DNA of 32,000 bases, taken from positions 5,765 through 37,764 of the forward strand of contig JAWCFL010000019.1 of the NCBI GenBank assembly GCA_038858525.1. Reading direction: 5' to 3'. The notes beneath the pieces were generated by a model. That model saw only the letters and a program-made list of their open reading frames with translations. It was not told where the DNA came from and searched no databases. Position numbers and translations under genes: made by a program. This document shows positions 1 through 8,886 of the stretch, in pieces (within the stretch, counting starts at the first letter, position 1; every line of letters starts with the position of its first letter). This DNA is from Candidatus Jordarchaeales archaeon. GTDB lineage: Archaea > Asgardarchaeota > Jordiarchaeia > Jordiarchaeales > Freyrarchaeaceae.

Positions 1-1113
1 CACAAGCTCCACGTATCTCCTGAGCTTGGCGGCCCAAATCTCTCCCCTCTGCAGAGATACATAATAATGGAAGAGCTTGGGTGGGGGAGCCTCGGCCTTG
101 CAACAGCTATAGGAGTGGATTCCATACCTTTCTCATCAGCCGCTCTCACAGGGTCAGAGAAACTCATGGAGCTAGTTTTGGCGTGGATGAACGACACGGA
201 GTGTAGGTATCACGGGTGCTGGGGGGTCACGGAGCCTGAGCATGGAAGCGACTATCTCATGATAATTAGGGACGAGGATTACTTGAAGTTTGGCAGGGGT
301 AACGTTACAGCTAGGAGGGAGGGCGGAGAATGGGTTATAAATGGGCAGAAGTCGGCTTGGGTATCAGCTGCCCCTGTGGCAACGCACTGCGGGCTGCACG
401 CCCAACTTGCTGATGGGCGTAGCATAGCGGATGGAATATTCTGCATCGTCCCATTAAGCGCTGAGGGCGTCGAAAAGGGTAAGCCAGTAGACATGCTGGG
501 TATGAGGGACTGCCCTCAAGGTGAGCTCTTCTTTAACGAGGTGAGGATCCCGGAGGACTACGTGGCTGTTCCGCCGGGGCCGTTCTATGGCATATTCGCC
601 GACCAGCTTCTCTGCCTTACGAGTTGCGCTGTTGGTGCCTTCTCAGTTGGTCTTGCTAGGGCTGCATTCGAGGAAGCTTTGAGGTATGCGAGGCAGAGGG
701 TGCAGGGGGGTGTCCCCCTCGTTAAGCACAAGAACATCAAGCTTGCTCTTTACAGGATGTTCGAGAAGGTTGAATCAGCGCGCTACTACGTAAGGAAAGC
801 TATGATGTACACGCACCGCAGAATTTTCGAGAAGAGGTCATTTGACGCGTCGCCGAGACATGCGAGGATGGCGCAGGTTTACGCTAAAAGAATCGCCTAT
901 GAAGTTGCCGATGAAGCGTTGCAGGTTTTCGGGGCCTACGGGCTAAGTAAGGAGATGATGATTGAGAAGCTCTTCAGGGATGCAAGGTCTCTCCAGATAG
1001 AGGACGGAACGATTGAAGTTCTAAGTCTCGAAGCGGCAGAGGACGTGATAAACAACTATGAGAAGACATACTATGACGCAGACCTCATAGCCAAAAGATA
1101 CCAGGAAGCGTAA
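1..1113 (+). CDS. Acyl-CoA dehydrogenase family protein, 5'-truncated by the window edge
   Basis: Frame 1 is open from position 1 (HKLHVSPELGGPNLSPLQRYIIMEEL...), so the gene starts upstream of the window. ACAD motifs: VTEPEHGSD, INGQKSAWVS, LGMRDCPQGELFF, ALRYARQRVQGG, QVFGAYG, EKLFRDAR..QIEDGT. Confidence 0.93.
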   Translation, partial: HKLHVSPELGGPNLSPLQRYIIMEELGWGSLGLATAIGVDSIPFSSAALTGSEKLMELVLAWMNDTECRYHGCWGVTEPEHGSDYLMIIRDEDYLKFGRGNVTARREGGEWVINGQKSAWVSAAPVATHCGLHAQLADGRSIADGIFCIVPLSAEGVEKGKPVDMLGMRDCPQGELFFNEVRIPEDYVAVPPGPFYGIFADQLLCLTSCAVGAFSVGLARAAFEEALRYARQRVQGGVPLVKHKNIKLALYRMFEKVESARYYVRKAMMYTHRRIFEKRSFDASPRHARMAQVYAKRIAYEVADEALQVFGAYGLSKEMMIEKLFRDARSLQIEDGTIEVLSLEAAEDVINNYEKTYYDADLIAKRYQEA

Positions 1114-1140
1114 CACCTTACTGTTCGTGGCGGTGTTCTC

Positions 1141-2331
1141 ATGCTAGCTGACCTTGTCTTAAGCGAGGAGCAAAAGTCTATCCGGGAAGCTGCCCGAGAA
1201 TTTGCTGAGAGAGAATTTCCTAAATATGCTAATGAATGCGACAGAGAAGAAAAGTTCCCCCTTGATCTACTAAAGAAAGCCGCCGAATTGGGATTCGTCG
1301 GTCTCCACATCCCGGAGGAATATGGCGGTCAGGGGATGGGAATCCTTGCTTACTGCTTGGCTGTTGAGGAGTTCTGGCGCGTTGACGGCGGCCTCGGAAT
1401 GATACTTTCAACGACTTTCGGCTCTGAAATGCTTCTCATGTTCGGAAGCGAGGAGCAAAAGAAAAAGTACCTGCCTCCCTTAGCAAGGGGGGAAAAGATT
1501 TGCTGTGCCTGCTTTACTGAACCGCAGGCGGGCAGCGACATTGCAGGCATCAGGACGAGAGCCGAAAAAGACGGGGACTACTATGTCCTTAATGGACTGA
1601 AAACATTCATAACGAATGGATCAATAGCGGACTACTACGTCGTGCTAGCCAGAACAGACCCTAACCCTCCTAAAAGAAATCAGGGGATGAGCGTTTTCAT
1701 TGTGGAGCGTGGAACACCGGGGCTTGAGGCGAGAAAGCTGACCGACAAGCTGGGGATAAGAGCAAGTGACACCGCTGAAGTTTCCTTTAAGGACGTAATG
1801 GTTCCACGGGGCAACATAGTTGGCGTGGAGGGTGATGGTTTCCGTCAAGCCATGGAGTTCTTTAACCTTACCCGCATACACACAGCATTCCAGGCTGTTG
1901 GCATAGCGCAGGGAGCGTTCGAACTGGCTTTCGAGTACTCCAAGAGCAGGGAGGCCTTCGAGAAGCGCCTCGTCGATTTCCAGGCAATCAGGGAGAAACT
2001 AGCCGTTATGAGGACAAAGATTGAAGCCGCGAGGTTGCTTGCGCTTCAGGCAGGCGTTGCAGCTGACAGGGGGAAGCCTGATCCCGGGTTGACTGCGATG
2101 GCGAAGTACTTTGCCGCGCGAGTTGCACAGAGCGTGGTGAGCGAAGCACTGCAGATCCATGGAGGCTACGGCTTCATGGGGGAACAGGCGGTCTCAAGGA
2201 TGTATCGGGATGTGCGTGTGCTCGAGATCTATGAGGGAACAAGAGAAGTCGAGGTTGAGTTGGTCGCCAGGGCGCTACTTGGAGGATTGCCATCCGTGCT
2301 CGGCGTGGTTAGGAAGCACCCGTTAAGGTAG
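1141..2331 (+). CDS. Acyl-CoA dehydrogenase (short/medium-chain, butyryl-CoA dehydrogenase-like)
   Basis: FTEPQAGSD, LNGLKTFITNG, DKLGIRASDT, QIHGGYG and RDVRVLEIYEGT, with the canonical MCAD-type catalytic Glu. Confidence 0.96.
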   Translation: MLADLVLSEEQKSIREAAREFAEREFPKYANECDREEKFPLDLLKKAAELGFVGLHIPEEYGGQGMGILAYCLAVEEFWRVDGGLGMILSTTFGSEMLLMFGSEEQKKKYLPPLARGEKICCACFTEPQAGSDIAGIRTRAEKDGDYYVLNGLKTFITNGSIADYYVVLARTDPNPPKRNQGMSVFIVERGTPGLEARKLTDKLGIRASDTAEVSFKDVMVPRGNIVGVEGDGFRQAMEFFNLTRIHTAFQAVGIAQGAFELAFEYSKSREAFEKRLVDFQAIREKLAVMRTKIEAARLLALQAGVAADRGKPDPGLTAMAKYFAARVAQSVVSEALQIHGGYGFMGEQAVSRMYRDVRVLEIYEGTREVEVELVARALLGGLPSVLGVVRKHPLR

Positions 2332-2343
2332 GGAGGTGTCAAA

Positions 2344-3087
2344 GTGAGGGTTTTTGTTCTGGTGAAGCATGCTCCATCACCAGAGTCGACCCTCCGTGTT
2401 GGTGCTGATGGAAAGAGCGTTGATCCGGTTTGTCTCACCTACGACATAAATGATTGGGATAAGTATGCCGTGGAGGAGGCTGTCCGGCTGAAGGAGAAGT
2501 ATGGTGGGGAAGTTGTCGCTGTGAGTGTGGGCGTCAATTGTGATGCTACGCTAAAGAAGTGCCTTGCTATGGGTGTTGATAGGGCAGTTAAGGTGCCAGT
2601 CGAGGCGGGATTTGACCCTTACCAGACGGCTGAAGCTATAGTTGACGTGCTGAGAGGTGAGCGCTTCGACATTGTGATCTCGGGCTTCATGAGTCAAGAT
2701 ACGAATAACGCATTGGTTGGAGTTCTTGCGGCGGCAATGCTCGACCTCCCCTTCGCCACAGCTGTTGTTGAGCTCAGCGTCGAGGGTGATGAAGTTCGTG
2801 CTGTAAGAGAGATCGAAGGCGGCTACCGCGAGGAGGTATTCCTCCAGCTCCCCTGCTTGGTTACTGTTCAGAGTGGAATAAATGAGCCAAGGTATGTCTC
2901 AATAATGGGGATCAAGGCTGCCAGGTCGAAGGAATTAAGGGAGCATGTCGTGAAGCTGAGGGGCCCTTCAGTGTTCGTCGAGCGCATTTACGTTCCCCCT
3001 ACTAGGAGAGCAGAGATCCTAAAGGGGTCTATGCCCGAGGTCGCTGAGAAGCTTGTCGAGCTCATAGGCAGTAAGGGGGTGATTTAA
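2344..3087 (+). CDS. etfB: Electron transfer flavoprotein subunit beta
   Basis: VLVKHAP, INDWDKYAVEEAVRLKE, LAMGVDRA, LPCLVTV...INEPRY. GGAGGTG RBS upstream; overlaps etfA. Confidence 0.95.
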   Translation: MRVFVLVKHAPSPESTLRVGADGKSVDPVCLTYDINDWDKYAVEEAVRLKEKYGGEVVAVSVGVNCDATLKKCLAMGVDRAVKVPVEAGFDPYQTAEAIVDVLRGERFDIVISGFMSQDTNNALVGVLAAAMLDLPFATAVVELSVEGDEVRAVREIEGGYREEVFLQLPCLVTVQSGINEPRYVSIMGIKAARSKELREHVVKLRGPSVFVERIYVPPTRRAEILKGSMPEVAEKLVELIGSKGVI

Positions 3088-4034
3088 TGAGGGTCTTTGC
3101 TGTCGCGGAGCACAGGCTCGGAGAAATTAATCCTGTAAGCCTTGAACTCTTAAACTTCGCCAACAAGATTAAGGGTGACGGGACAAGCGAAGCAGTTATT
3201 GTTGGCGATGATGTACGGGCGCTATCGAGCGTCCTTGCCGGTTGCGCAGATAAAGTCTGGGCTTTAAGCGGAAGCCAGCTCGAACATTATAATCCTGAAT
3301 CCCACGCCGACGTCCTGTTACAGCTTTTCGAGAAAGAGCCGCCTGACCTAGTGCTTCTAGGTAACACTTCTCAAGGGTGTGAGCTTGCTCCCCTTCTAGC
3401 TGTAAGGCTTCGGTGCCCAATCGTGACGGACGTCGTTGGCGCGTCAGTTGAAGGCGGGCTTATTGTTTCACGCTACATATACCAAGGAAAACTCATGGTG
3501 GACTTAAAATTGAACAGAACTCCGTGCGTTCTAACGGTGAGGCAGGGCGTTTTCAAGGAAGGAATAGAACTCCGCGGCGAAGTCACTGAGCTAAGGCTGA
3601 CCCCATCCAAGCCTTTGAGGAGGCGCTTTTCGAGGATTATCGAGCCGGAGGAGGGGGAGATTGACGTTTCTAAGGCTGAGGTCATAGTGGCTGTTGGAAG
3701 GGGTGCTGCGCCAAGCCTTAAGCTGGCCGAGAAGCTGGCTAGCCTCCTTAATGGGGCTGTCGCCGGCAGTAGGCCAGTAATCGATAGTGGTCTACTAGCT
3801 AAGGATAGGCAGGTTGGAATATCCGGAAAGACCGTGAAGCCTAAGGTTTACCTGGCGCTGGGGATAAGTGGCGCCTTCCAGCACGTTATGGGGATGAAAG
3901 ACAGCGAGCTAATAATAGCAGTGAACAAGGACCCTCAAGCGCCGATATTCAACGTTGCCCATTATGGAGTGATAGCCGACGTGCAGGAGCTCCTCCCTAA
4001 GTTGCTAAGCAAAGTGGAAGAACGCAGAAAGTAA
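3087..4034 (+). CDS. etfA: Electron transfer flavoprotein subunit alpha
   Basis: AEVIVAVGRG, VAGSRPVID, RQVGISGKTVKP, GISGAFQH, IAVNKDPQAPIF FAD-binding motifs. Confidence 0.96.
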   Translation: MRVFAVAEHRLGEINPVSLELLNFANKIKGDGTSEAVIVGDDVRALSSVLAGCADKVWALSGSQLEHYNPESHADVLLQLFEKEPPDLVLLGNTSQGCELAPLLAVRLRCPIVTDVVGASVEGGLIVSRYIYQGKLMVDLKLNRTPCVLTVRQGVFKEGIELRGEVTELRLTPSKPLRRRFSRIIEPEEGEIDVSKAEVIVAVGRGAAPSLKLAEKLASLLNGAVAGSRPVIDSGLLAKDRQVGISGKTVKPKVYLALGISGAFQHVMGMKDSELIIAVNKDPQAPIFNVAHYGVIADVQELLPKLLSKVEERRK

Positions 4035-4098
4035 TCTTTCAAACAGAAAAATACCCTCCTTTCCTCCGCCATCCATTATAAAAAAGGGGGCTTTTCAG

Positions 4099-5541
4099 TT
4101 GCTGAAGCATAGCGGCGCTCAACATTTACACATAAACCCTCCCGATGCCTTCTTCCCCTCACTAGTGGGAATTCTCACGTTTCTCTTGCTCGCCGTGAAT
4201 CCCCCCCTCCTCGTGGATGACTTCTACCACTTGAGTGTTTCTCGTCAGATATACTTTTTCGGCTTTATTCCGACCTGGGACTTCTGGGAGTTTGCTCCCC
4301 TTGGCAGACCCCACCTTTACCCTCCACTCCTTCACCTGATTATGGCTTTACTCATGAGGGCTTCGGGGGGAGACGTGTTTTTAGCCGCTAGAATCGTGAA
4401 GACCTTCACTTACCCCCTACTCCTACTTCTTTTCTGGCTCTCGGTGAGGGGGCTTGCAGGCAGGAAAGCGGCGTTCTACTCCTCTCTAACCCTGGCGTCC
4501 GCATCGCCCCTGCTTTTCCTCTCTGTTATGACGATGCCCGCAACAATAGTCCTAGCCCTCACACCGCCACTCATCACTTCCTTCATAAAAAAGAAAACTT
4601 TGCCATCACTCCTCCTACTATCAGTAGCATTATGGCTTCACTTCTCAATGCCCGTAACAGCGGTGGCAACCCTCCTAGCTCTCAGCTTAGTGAGGCGGGA
4701 AGAATACCTGAAGTTTTTCGTGAAAATAGCATCAGCGGCACTCCTCACATATCTTCCATGGCTCATCCACATAGCAAACCACGCAGAATGGATTTCTACT
4801 GTTCAAGCGGGAGGCACCCCCTTCATCCCCTTCATAGCATGGGCCTTAGCATTGCCCTCCATCATGTCGACACTAAAGTACAAGGATAACGCCTGTCTCG
4901 CCTACCTTTTTTACGCCATCTCCCTCCTCGTCTTCATAAGTTACATGACGCGCCTCTGCCTTTACCTTCTCATCCCCCTCTCCTTCTTTGCCGGCATAAC
5001 TCTCTCAAAAATAAAGTGGAGCAAGAGAAGGCTGAAAGCAGCACTCATGGTGATGTTGACGTTGTCCTTTCTGGTCGCCACACCCGCAGTTGGAGGAACC
5101 CCTCAGACCATGGACCCGTTCCAACCATTCCAGCCCCCACCATTAGAACTGGCATTTATAAAGAGCAACACATTCCTGTCCTTCTCATCCCTTCTCACGC
5201 TGGTCCTCTGGCCTCCTCACCTTAAGGGCCAGCTAATGCCGACCATGTTCCCCATATATGTATCATCTATTTGGGTGGCTTTTAACGCTCCTCAGCCTGT
5301 ATGCTACATTGGACTGGACTCAAGCCACGCTGTAGCGGTGACGGCGTTAACCGGGCTCCCTACCTCCAGCGGAATGTGGCGCGAAGTGGTGAGCCTATGG
5401 ACGTTGGCGGCTTCATGGTGGTTTGCTCTGAACCAAGCCGTGGTCTACATTGTAGAAGCTCCCTTTACCGCTCCTCCCCAAGATGTCCCGTGCAGGTTGG
5501 TCTTAGACCTTGGAACGGTCAAGGTCTTCGTTAGGACCTAA
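4099..5541 (+). CDS. Polytopic membrane protein, probable GT-C fold glycosyltransferase (PMT/ArnT-like)
   Basis: About a dozen hydrophobic segments. An acidic DDFYH motif follows the first TM and HLYPPLLH follows it, as in GT-C enzymes; small C-terminal soluble region. Start codon uncertain (TTG). Confidence 0.55.
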   Translation: MLKHSGAQHLHINPPDAFFPSLVGILTFLLLAVNPPLLVDDFYHLSVSRQIYFFGFIPTWDFWEFAPLGRPHLYPPLLHLIMALLMRASGGDVFLAARIVKTFTYPLLLLLFWLSVRGLAGRKAAFYSSLTLASASPLLFLSVMTMPATIVLALTPPLITSFIKKKTLPSLLLLSVALWLHFSMPVTAVATLLALSLVRREEYLKFFVKIASAALLTYLPWLIHIANHAEWISTVQAGGTPFIPFIAWALALPSIMSTLKYKDNACLAYLFYAISLLVFISYMTRLCLYLLIPLSFFAGITLSKIKWSKRRLKAALMVMLTLSFLVATPAVGGTPQTMDPFQPFQPPPLELAFIKSNTFLSFSSLLTLVLWPPHLKGQLMPTMFPIYVSSIWVAFNAPQPVCYIGLDSSHAVAVTALTGLPTSSGMWREVVSLWTLAASWWFALNQAVVYIVEAPFTAPPQDVPCRLVLDLGTVKVFVRT

Positions 5542-5590
5542 AGAAACTTTTTTAGGAAGCCGGCCCCCATTATTTGGGGGGTGATCTGGG

Positions 5591-6427
5591 TTGGTGGGGG
5601 TAGACCTCAACGCTGTTGGTAAAGTCTCACAACCTCTAGAGTACTCTTACACTTGGAAGGATGTTGTCCTATACGCTATAGGGATAGGGGCAGGGAACGA
5701 TGACCTAGACTTCGTCTACGAGAAAAAACTAAAGGTTTACCCGACGTTCGCAACAATAATAGCTCAGCCTGCCCTTGCTTGGAGCCTGTTTGAGGGGAAA
5801 GTGGACTTCACTCGGCTACTCCACGCTGAACACAAAATCGTCCTTCACAGAGAAATACCAAGGGAGGGGAGGCTTTTCACCACAGCGAGGATAGCGAAGA
5901 TATACGACAAAGTGAAGCATGCCTTGATGGTTGTGGAAGCTGAAACCAGAACGGAGAGCGGGGAGCGCCTCTTCGACAACATAGCTGGCTTCCTGATCAG
6001 GGGGGCTGGTGGGTTCGGAGGGGAACGTGGGCCCAAGGCAGGCAACGAGCCTCCGCAGAGGGAGCCTGACTTCGCGGACCAGCTTACAACGTGGAGGGAC
6101 CAAAACGTCATATATCGCCTCTCGGGGGACCTGAACCCGCTTCACATTGACCCTGACTTCGCTAAGCTGGCTGGCTTCGACAAGCCGATACTTCACGGCT
6201 TATGTACCTTCGGCTTCGCTTGCAGGTCTATTCTGCGAAAGCTTTGCGGCAACGACCCGAGCAAGATAAAGTCGTTTGAAGTCAGATTCTCAGGAGTAGT
6301 CTTCCCTGGGGACACCATAGTGACTGAGGGATGGAGGGCTGATGATGAAGGTAAAAAATACGTCATACAGTCGAAGAACCAGCACGGAAACGTTGTTCTC
6401 TCAAACGGCATGGTTGAGCTTAGGTAG
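5591..6427 (+). CDS. MaoC/hydratase-2 type (R)-specific enoyl-CoA hydratase, double hot-dog fold
   Basis: Hydratase-2 signature YRLSGDLNPLHIDP, plus LYAIGIGAG, LLHAEH, GAGGFGG and PILHGLCTFG. Confidence 0.92.
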   Translation: MVGVDLNAVGKVSQPLEYSYTWKDVVLYAIGIGAGNDDLDFVYEKKLKVYPTFATIIAQPALAWSLFEGKVDFTRLLHAEHKIVLHREIPREGRLFTTARIAKIYDKVKHALMVVEAETRTESGERLFDNIAGFLIRGAGGFGGERGPKAGNEPPQREPDFADQLTTWRDQNVIYRLSGDLNPLHIDPDFAKLAGFDKPILHGLCTFGFACRSILRKLCGNDPSKIKSFEVRFSGVVFPGDTIVTEGWRADDEGKKYVIQSKNQHGNVVLSNGMVELR

Positions 6428-6523
6428 TCGAGGCTTAAATGGCTGCAATATAAATTTTACGTGTTAGCTTTTTAAGTGTCCTTATTATAGTAGAAAGTAG
6501 AAGCGAAAAGGTGGCTTTTTTAC

Positions 6524-6955
6524 ATGGCGCCAGACGCTCTTCTCAACGAGTTGCGTAACCTCTTCTGGGTCTTCTTCTCCAGCTACGAGGAACTTCTCGA
6601 GGAGCTTGAAAATGCGAACCTCGACCTTGAAATAGACGAGTTCGACATAGCATTCCTCGCCCTCCTTGAATCCATACAGACGGTAAGCGCTGAAGGCAAG
6701 TTCGACGACCTCATAAACAAGTACCTGCTCAACCTGATAAAGGACGCGAAAGCTGTCCAACTATTCAGAGAAGCAGTAACAGAAAAGCTGAGGGAGAAGG
6801 AGGAGGAAGAAATCAAAAGAAACATTCAGGAAGCCATAGCGAACGGAGCAGAAGAAATATGCGACATAATAGAGGAAACAGCAAGCTTCTTCAAGAAGTG
6901 GCAGAACGCCTGGAGCAAGAGAAACCACTCCGACTGCAACAGCCTCTACATATAG
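6524..6955 (+). CDS. Hypothetical acidic alpha-helical protein
   Basis: 143-aa ATG ORF filling an otherwise empty gap; Glu/Leu-rich; no recognisable motif. Confidence 0.7.
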   Translation: MAPDALLNELRNLFWVFFSSYEELLEELENANLDLEIDEFDIAFLALLESIQTVSAEGKFDDLINKYLLNLIKDAKAVQLFREAVTEKLREKEEEEIKRNIQEAIANGAEEICDIIEETASFFKKWQNAWSKRNHSDCNSLYI

Positions 6956-6988
6956 CCACCTTCCCCTATTTTTCAACAGTCAATTCAG

Positions 6989-7618
6989 CTATCTTAGGTT
7001 TAAGTCCTCAGTCTCGGCTCGCTCTATGAGTCTTGCTGCAACGTTCAGCCCAGCCCTCAGAGCTGAGGGGCAGTCCTCCGCCGACACGACCAGAACTACA
7101 TCCCCCTCCTCCAACTCGAAGAACCCTCTAAGAAACGCCTCCTCGCCTCCGTCAAGCTCCTTAACGGAGGGCACAACAAGCCTTCCACCCTTAACTATGA
7201 CCGTGGTGGCGCCTCTCCCCCCACCGCTAATAGCCAGATCCCTCTCCTCAATTCCCCCAGAAATAAGGTGAGACAACCCTCTAAGCCTGAAACCGTAGTC
7301 GCACCTCCCAACGCTCAGGAAGCTCTCAGGCAGCCTCCTAAACTCAGCAATGTAACCCATAAGTTTCTCAACCACTAAGCGCCCCCTATCCGTCAACACA
7401 TGCCCCTTCCTTCCAGCCGGCCTAACAAGCCCAAGACGCTGAAGCCTGCGGAGCAACGTCCTAGCGGCAGCATCACCCAGCCCCAAAACATCCCTAACAA
7501 AGTAACGCCCCACAGGCTCCTCAGCGAGCAATAAAAGCACGCCCAGAATATCTCCCTCACGGAAACTGGGACGCACAGTTCTAGAAGCCAAAACCTCCCC
7601 AAAAAGCTCCCTAAACAA
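6989..7618 (-). CDS. Winged-helix protein with DUF4443/PH0730-like C-terminal domain (putative regulator)
   Basis: N-terminal wHTH (VGRYFVRDVLGLGDAAARTLLRRL...GHVLTDRG) and C-terminal GIEERDLAISGGGRGATT, typical of this archaeal family as I recall it. Confidence 0.7.
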   Translation of the reverse strand: MFRELFGEVLASRTVRPSFREGDILGVLLLLAEEPVGRYFVRDVLGLGDAAARTLLRRLQRLGLVRPAGRKGHVLTDRGRLVVEKLMGYIAEFRRLPESFLSVGRCDYGFRLRGLSHLISGGIEERDLAISGGGRGATTVIVKGGRLVVPSVKELDGGEEAFLRGFFELEEGDVVLVVSAEDCPSALRAGLNVAARLIERAETEDLNLR

Positions 7619-7840
7619 GTCAAACCCTCACCAAGAATCACTACGTCATATATTCTTGAGCAAGAAAAATAAAAGTTAATCGAAAAATTTTTCATTAGCA
7701 AAGAAAAACAAGACGGCGCTCAAAGTGGCGCTTCTAGGCAGTGGATCTAGACGCTAAAGGACCTCCGAAACGCTGAAGGAAATAAAAAATAAATAAGAGC
7801 AGGTGGTTGAAAGGGCGGGAAAAGTTGAGAGGCCTAAATA

Positions 7841-8842
7841 ATGGAGCCGCTATTGCTGGTTTCCCCGGTATTATCCTTCGTCGTCGCATTTATCCTTACG
7901 AGGAGGTGGATTCCAGTCGCCCACCGCGTGGGTATCGTTGGAAAAGACATGAACAAGCCGGGCAGACCCGAGGTTGCAGAGATGGGAGGCGTTCCCGTCT
8001 TTGCAGGCGTAGCGTCAGGCCTAATGTTCTACATAGCCATTAACTCCTTTGTTCTAAATCAGAGGTCGTTAAACCTTCCGCTCTTCGCCGCTCTATCCAC
8101 CATATTTATGATAACGATAGTCGGCATCATTGACGACTCGCTCGGCTGGAAGATCGGCCTCAAACAATGGCATAAACCCCTGCTAACCATACCGGCCGCC
8201 GTCCCAATGATGGCCGCCGGAGTCGGCATATCAATAATTTCGCTGCCGCTCGTAGGCACCATAGACCTAGGCTTGCTCTACCCCCTGCTGATCATCCCAA
8301 TAGGGATAGTTGGTGCGTCTAACGGCTTCAACATGCTCGCCGGATACAACGGCTTGGAGGCAGGCATGGGCGTAATAATACTGTCAGCCATGAGCCTATA
8401 CGCCTACGCCATGGGAGACAGCTGGGTGGCCATGATAGGCATTTCCACAATCGCCGCTCTCCTAGCATTTCTCTACTTCAACTGGTACCCTGCAAAGGTG
8501 TTCCCCGGCAACACCCTCACTTACATGGTTGGAGCCATAATGGCGTGCATGGCCATACTCGGCAACATGGAAAAACTAGCCCTCATACTTTTCATCCCCT
8601 ACTACATGGACTTCATACTGCCTCTTAGAGCAAAAATGAAGACTGAGGCTTTCGGAAAAGTAAACGAGGACGGGACACTAGACCAGCCATACAACAAGAT
8701 ATACGACGTAACTCACCTCTTCATACTCATAATAAAAAAAATTAAGAGAAGAGTGTACGAGAAAGACGTTACAGTAGGAGTTATACTCCTCGAGGCTTGC
8801 ATCGCCTCGGTGGCAACCATAACCTTCCTGTTACTATATTAA
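7841..8842 (+). CDS. aglH: UDP-GlcNAc:dolichol-phosphate GlcNAc-1-phosphate transferase (GT4/MraY-like, AglH/DPAGT1 type)
   Basis: GKDMNK, VAEMGG, GIIDD, NGFNMLAGYNGLEAG and KVFPGN motifs; multi-pass membrane protein. Confidence 0.88.
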   Translation: MEPLLLVSPVLSFVVAFILTRRWIPVAHRVGIVGKDMNKPGRPEVAEMGGVPVFAGVASGLMFYIAINSFVLNQRSLNLPLFAALSTIFMITIVGIIDDSLGWKIGLKQWHKPLLTIPAAVPMMAAGVGISIISLPLVGTIDLGLLYPLLIIPIGIVGASNGFNMLAGYNGLEAGMGVIILSAMSLYAYAMGDSWVAMIGISTIAALLAFLYFNWYPAKVFPGNTLTYMVGAIMACMAILGNMEKLALILFIPYYMDFILPLRAKMKTEAFGKVNEDGTLDQPYNKIYDVTHLFILIIKKIKRRVYEKDVTVGVILLEACIASVATITFLLLY

Positions 8843-8866
8843 TAAAATGCTACTATATTAATAAAA
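8832..8866 (+). repeat. 16-bp direct repeat TACTATATTAATAAAA x2
   Basis: Copies at 8832-8847 and 8851-8866 separated by TGC; the first copy contains the aglH stop codon. Confidence 0.9.
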
Positions 8867-8886
8867 CTTAATTATATTTTAATATC

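Noticed and set aside
7708-7780. Possible tRNA or structured ncRNA between divergent genes
   Set aside because: Only short hairpins (TCTAG-N9-CTAGA); no cloverleaf, T-loop or box C/D pair could be built.
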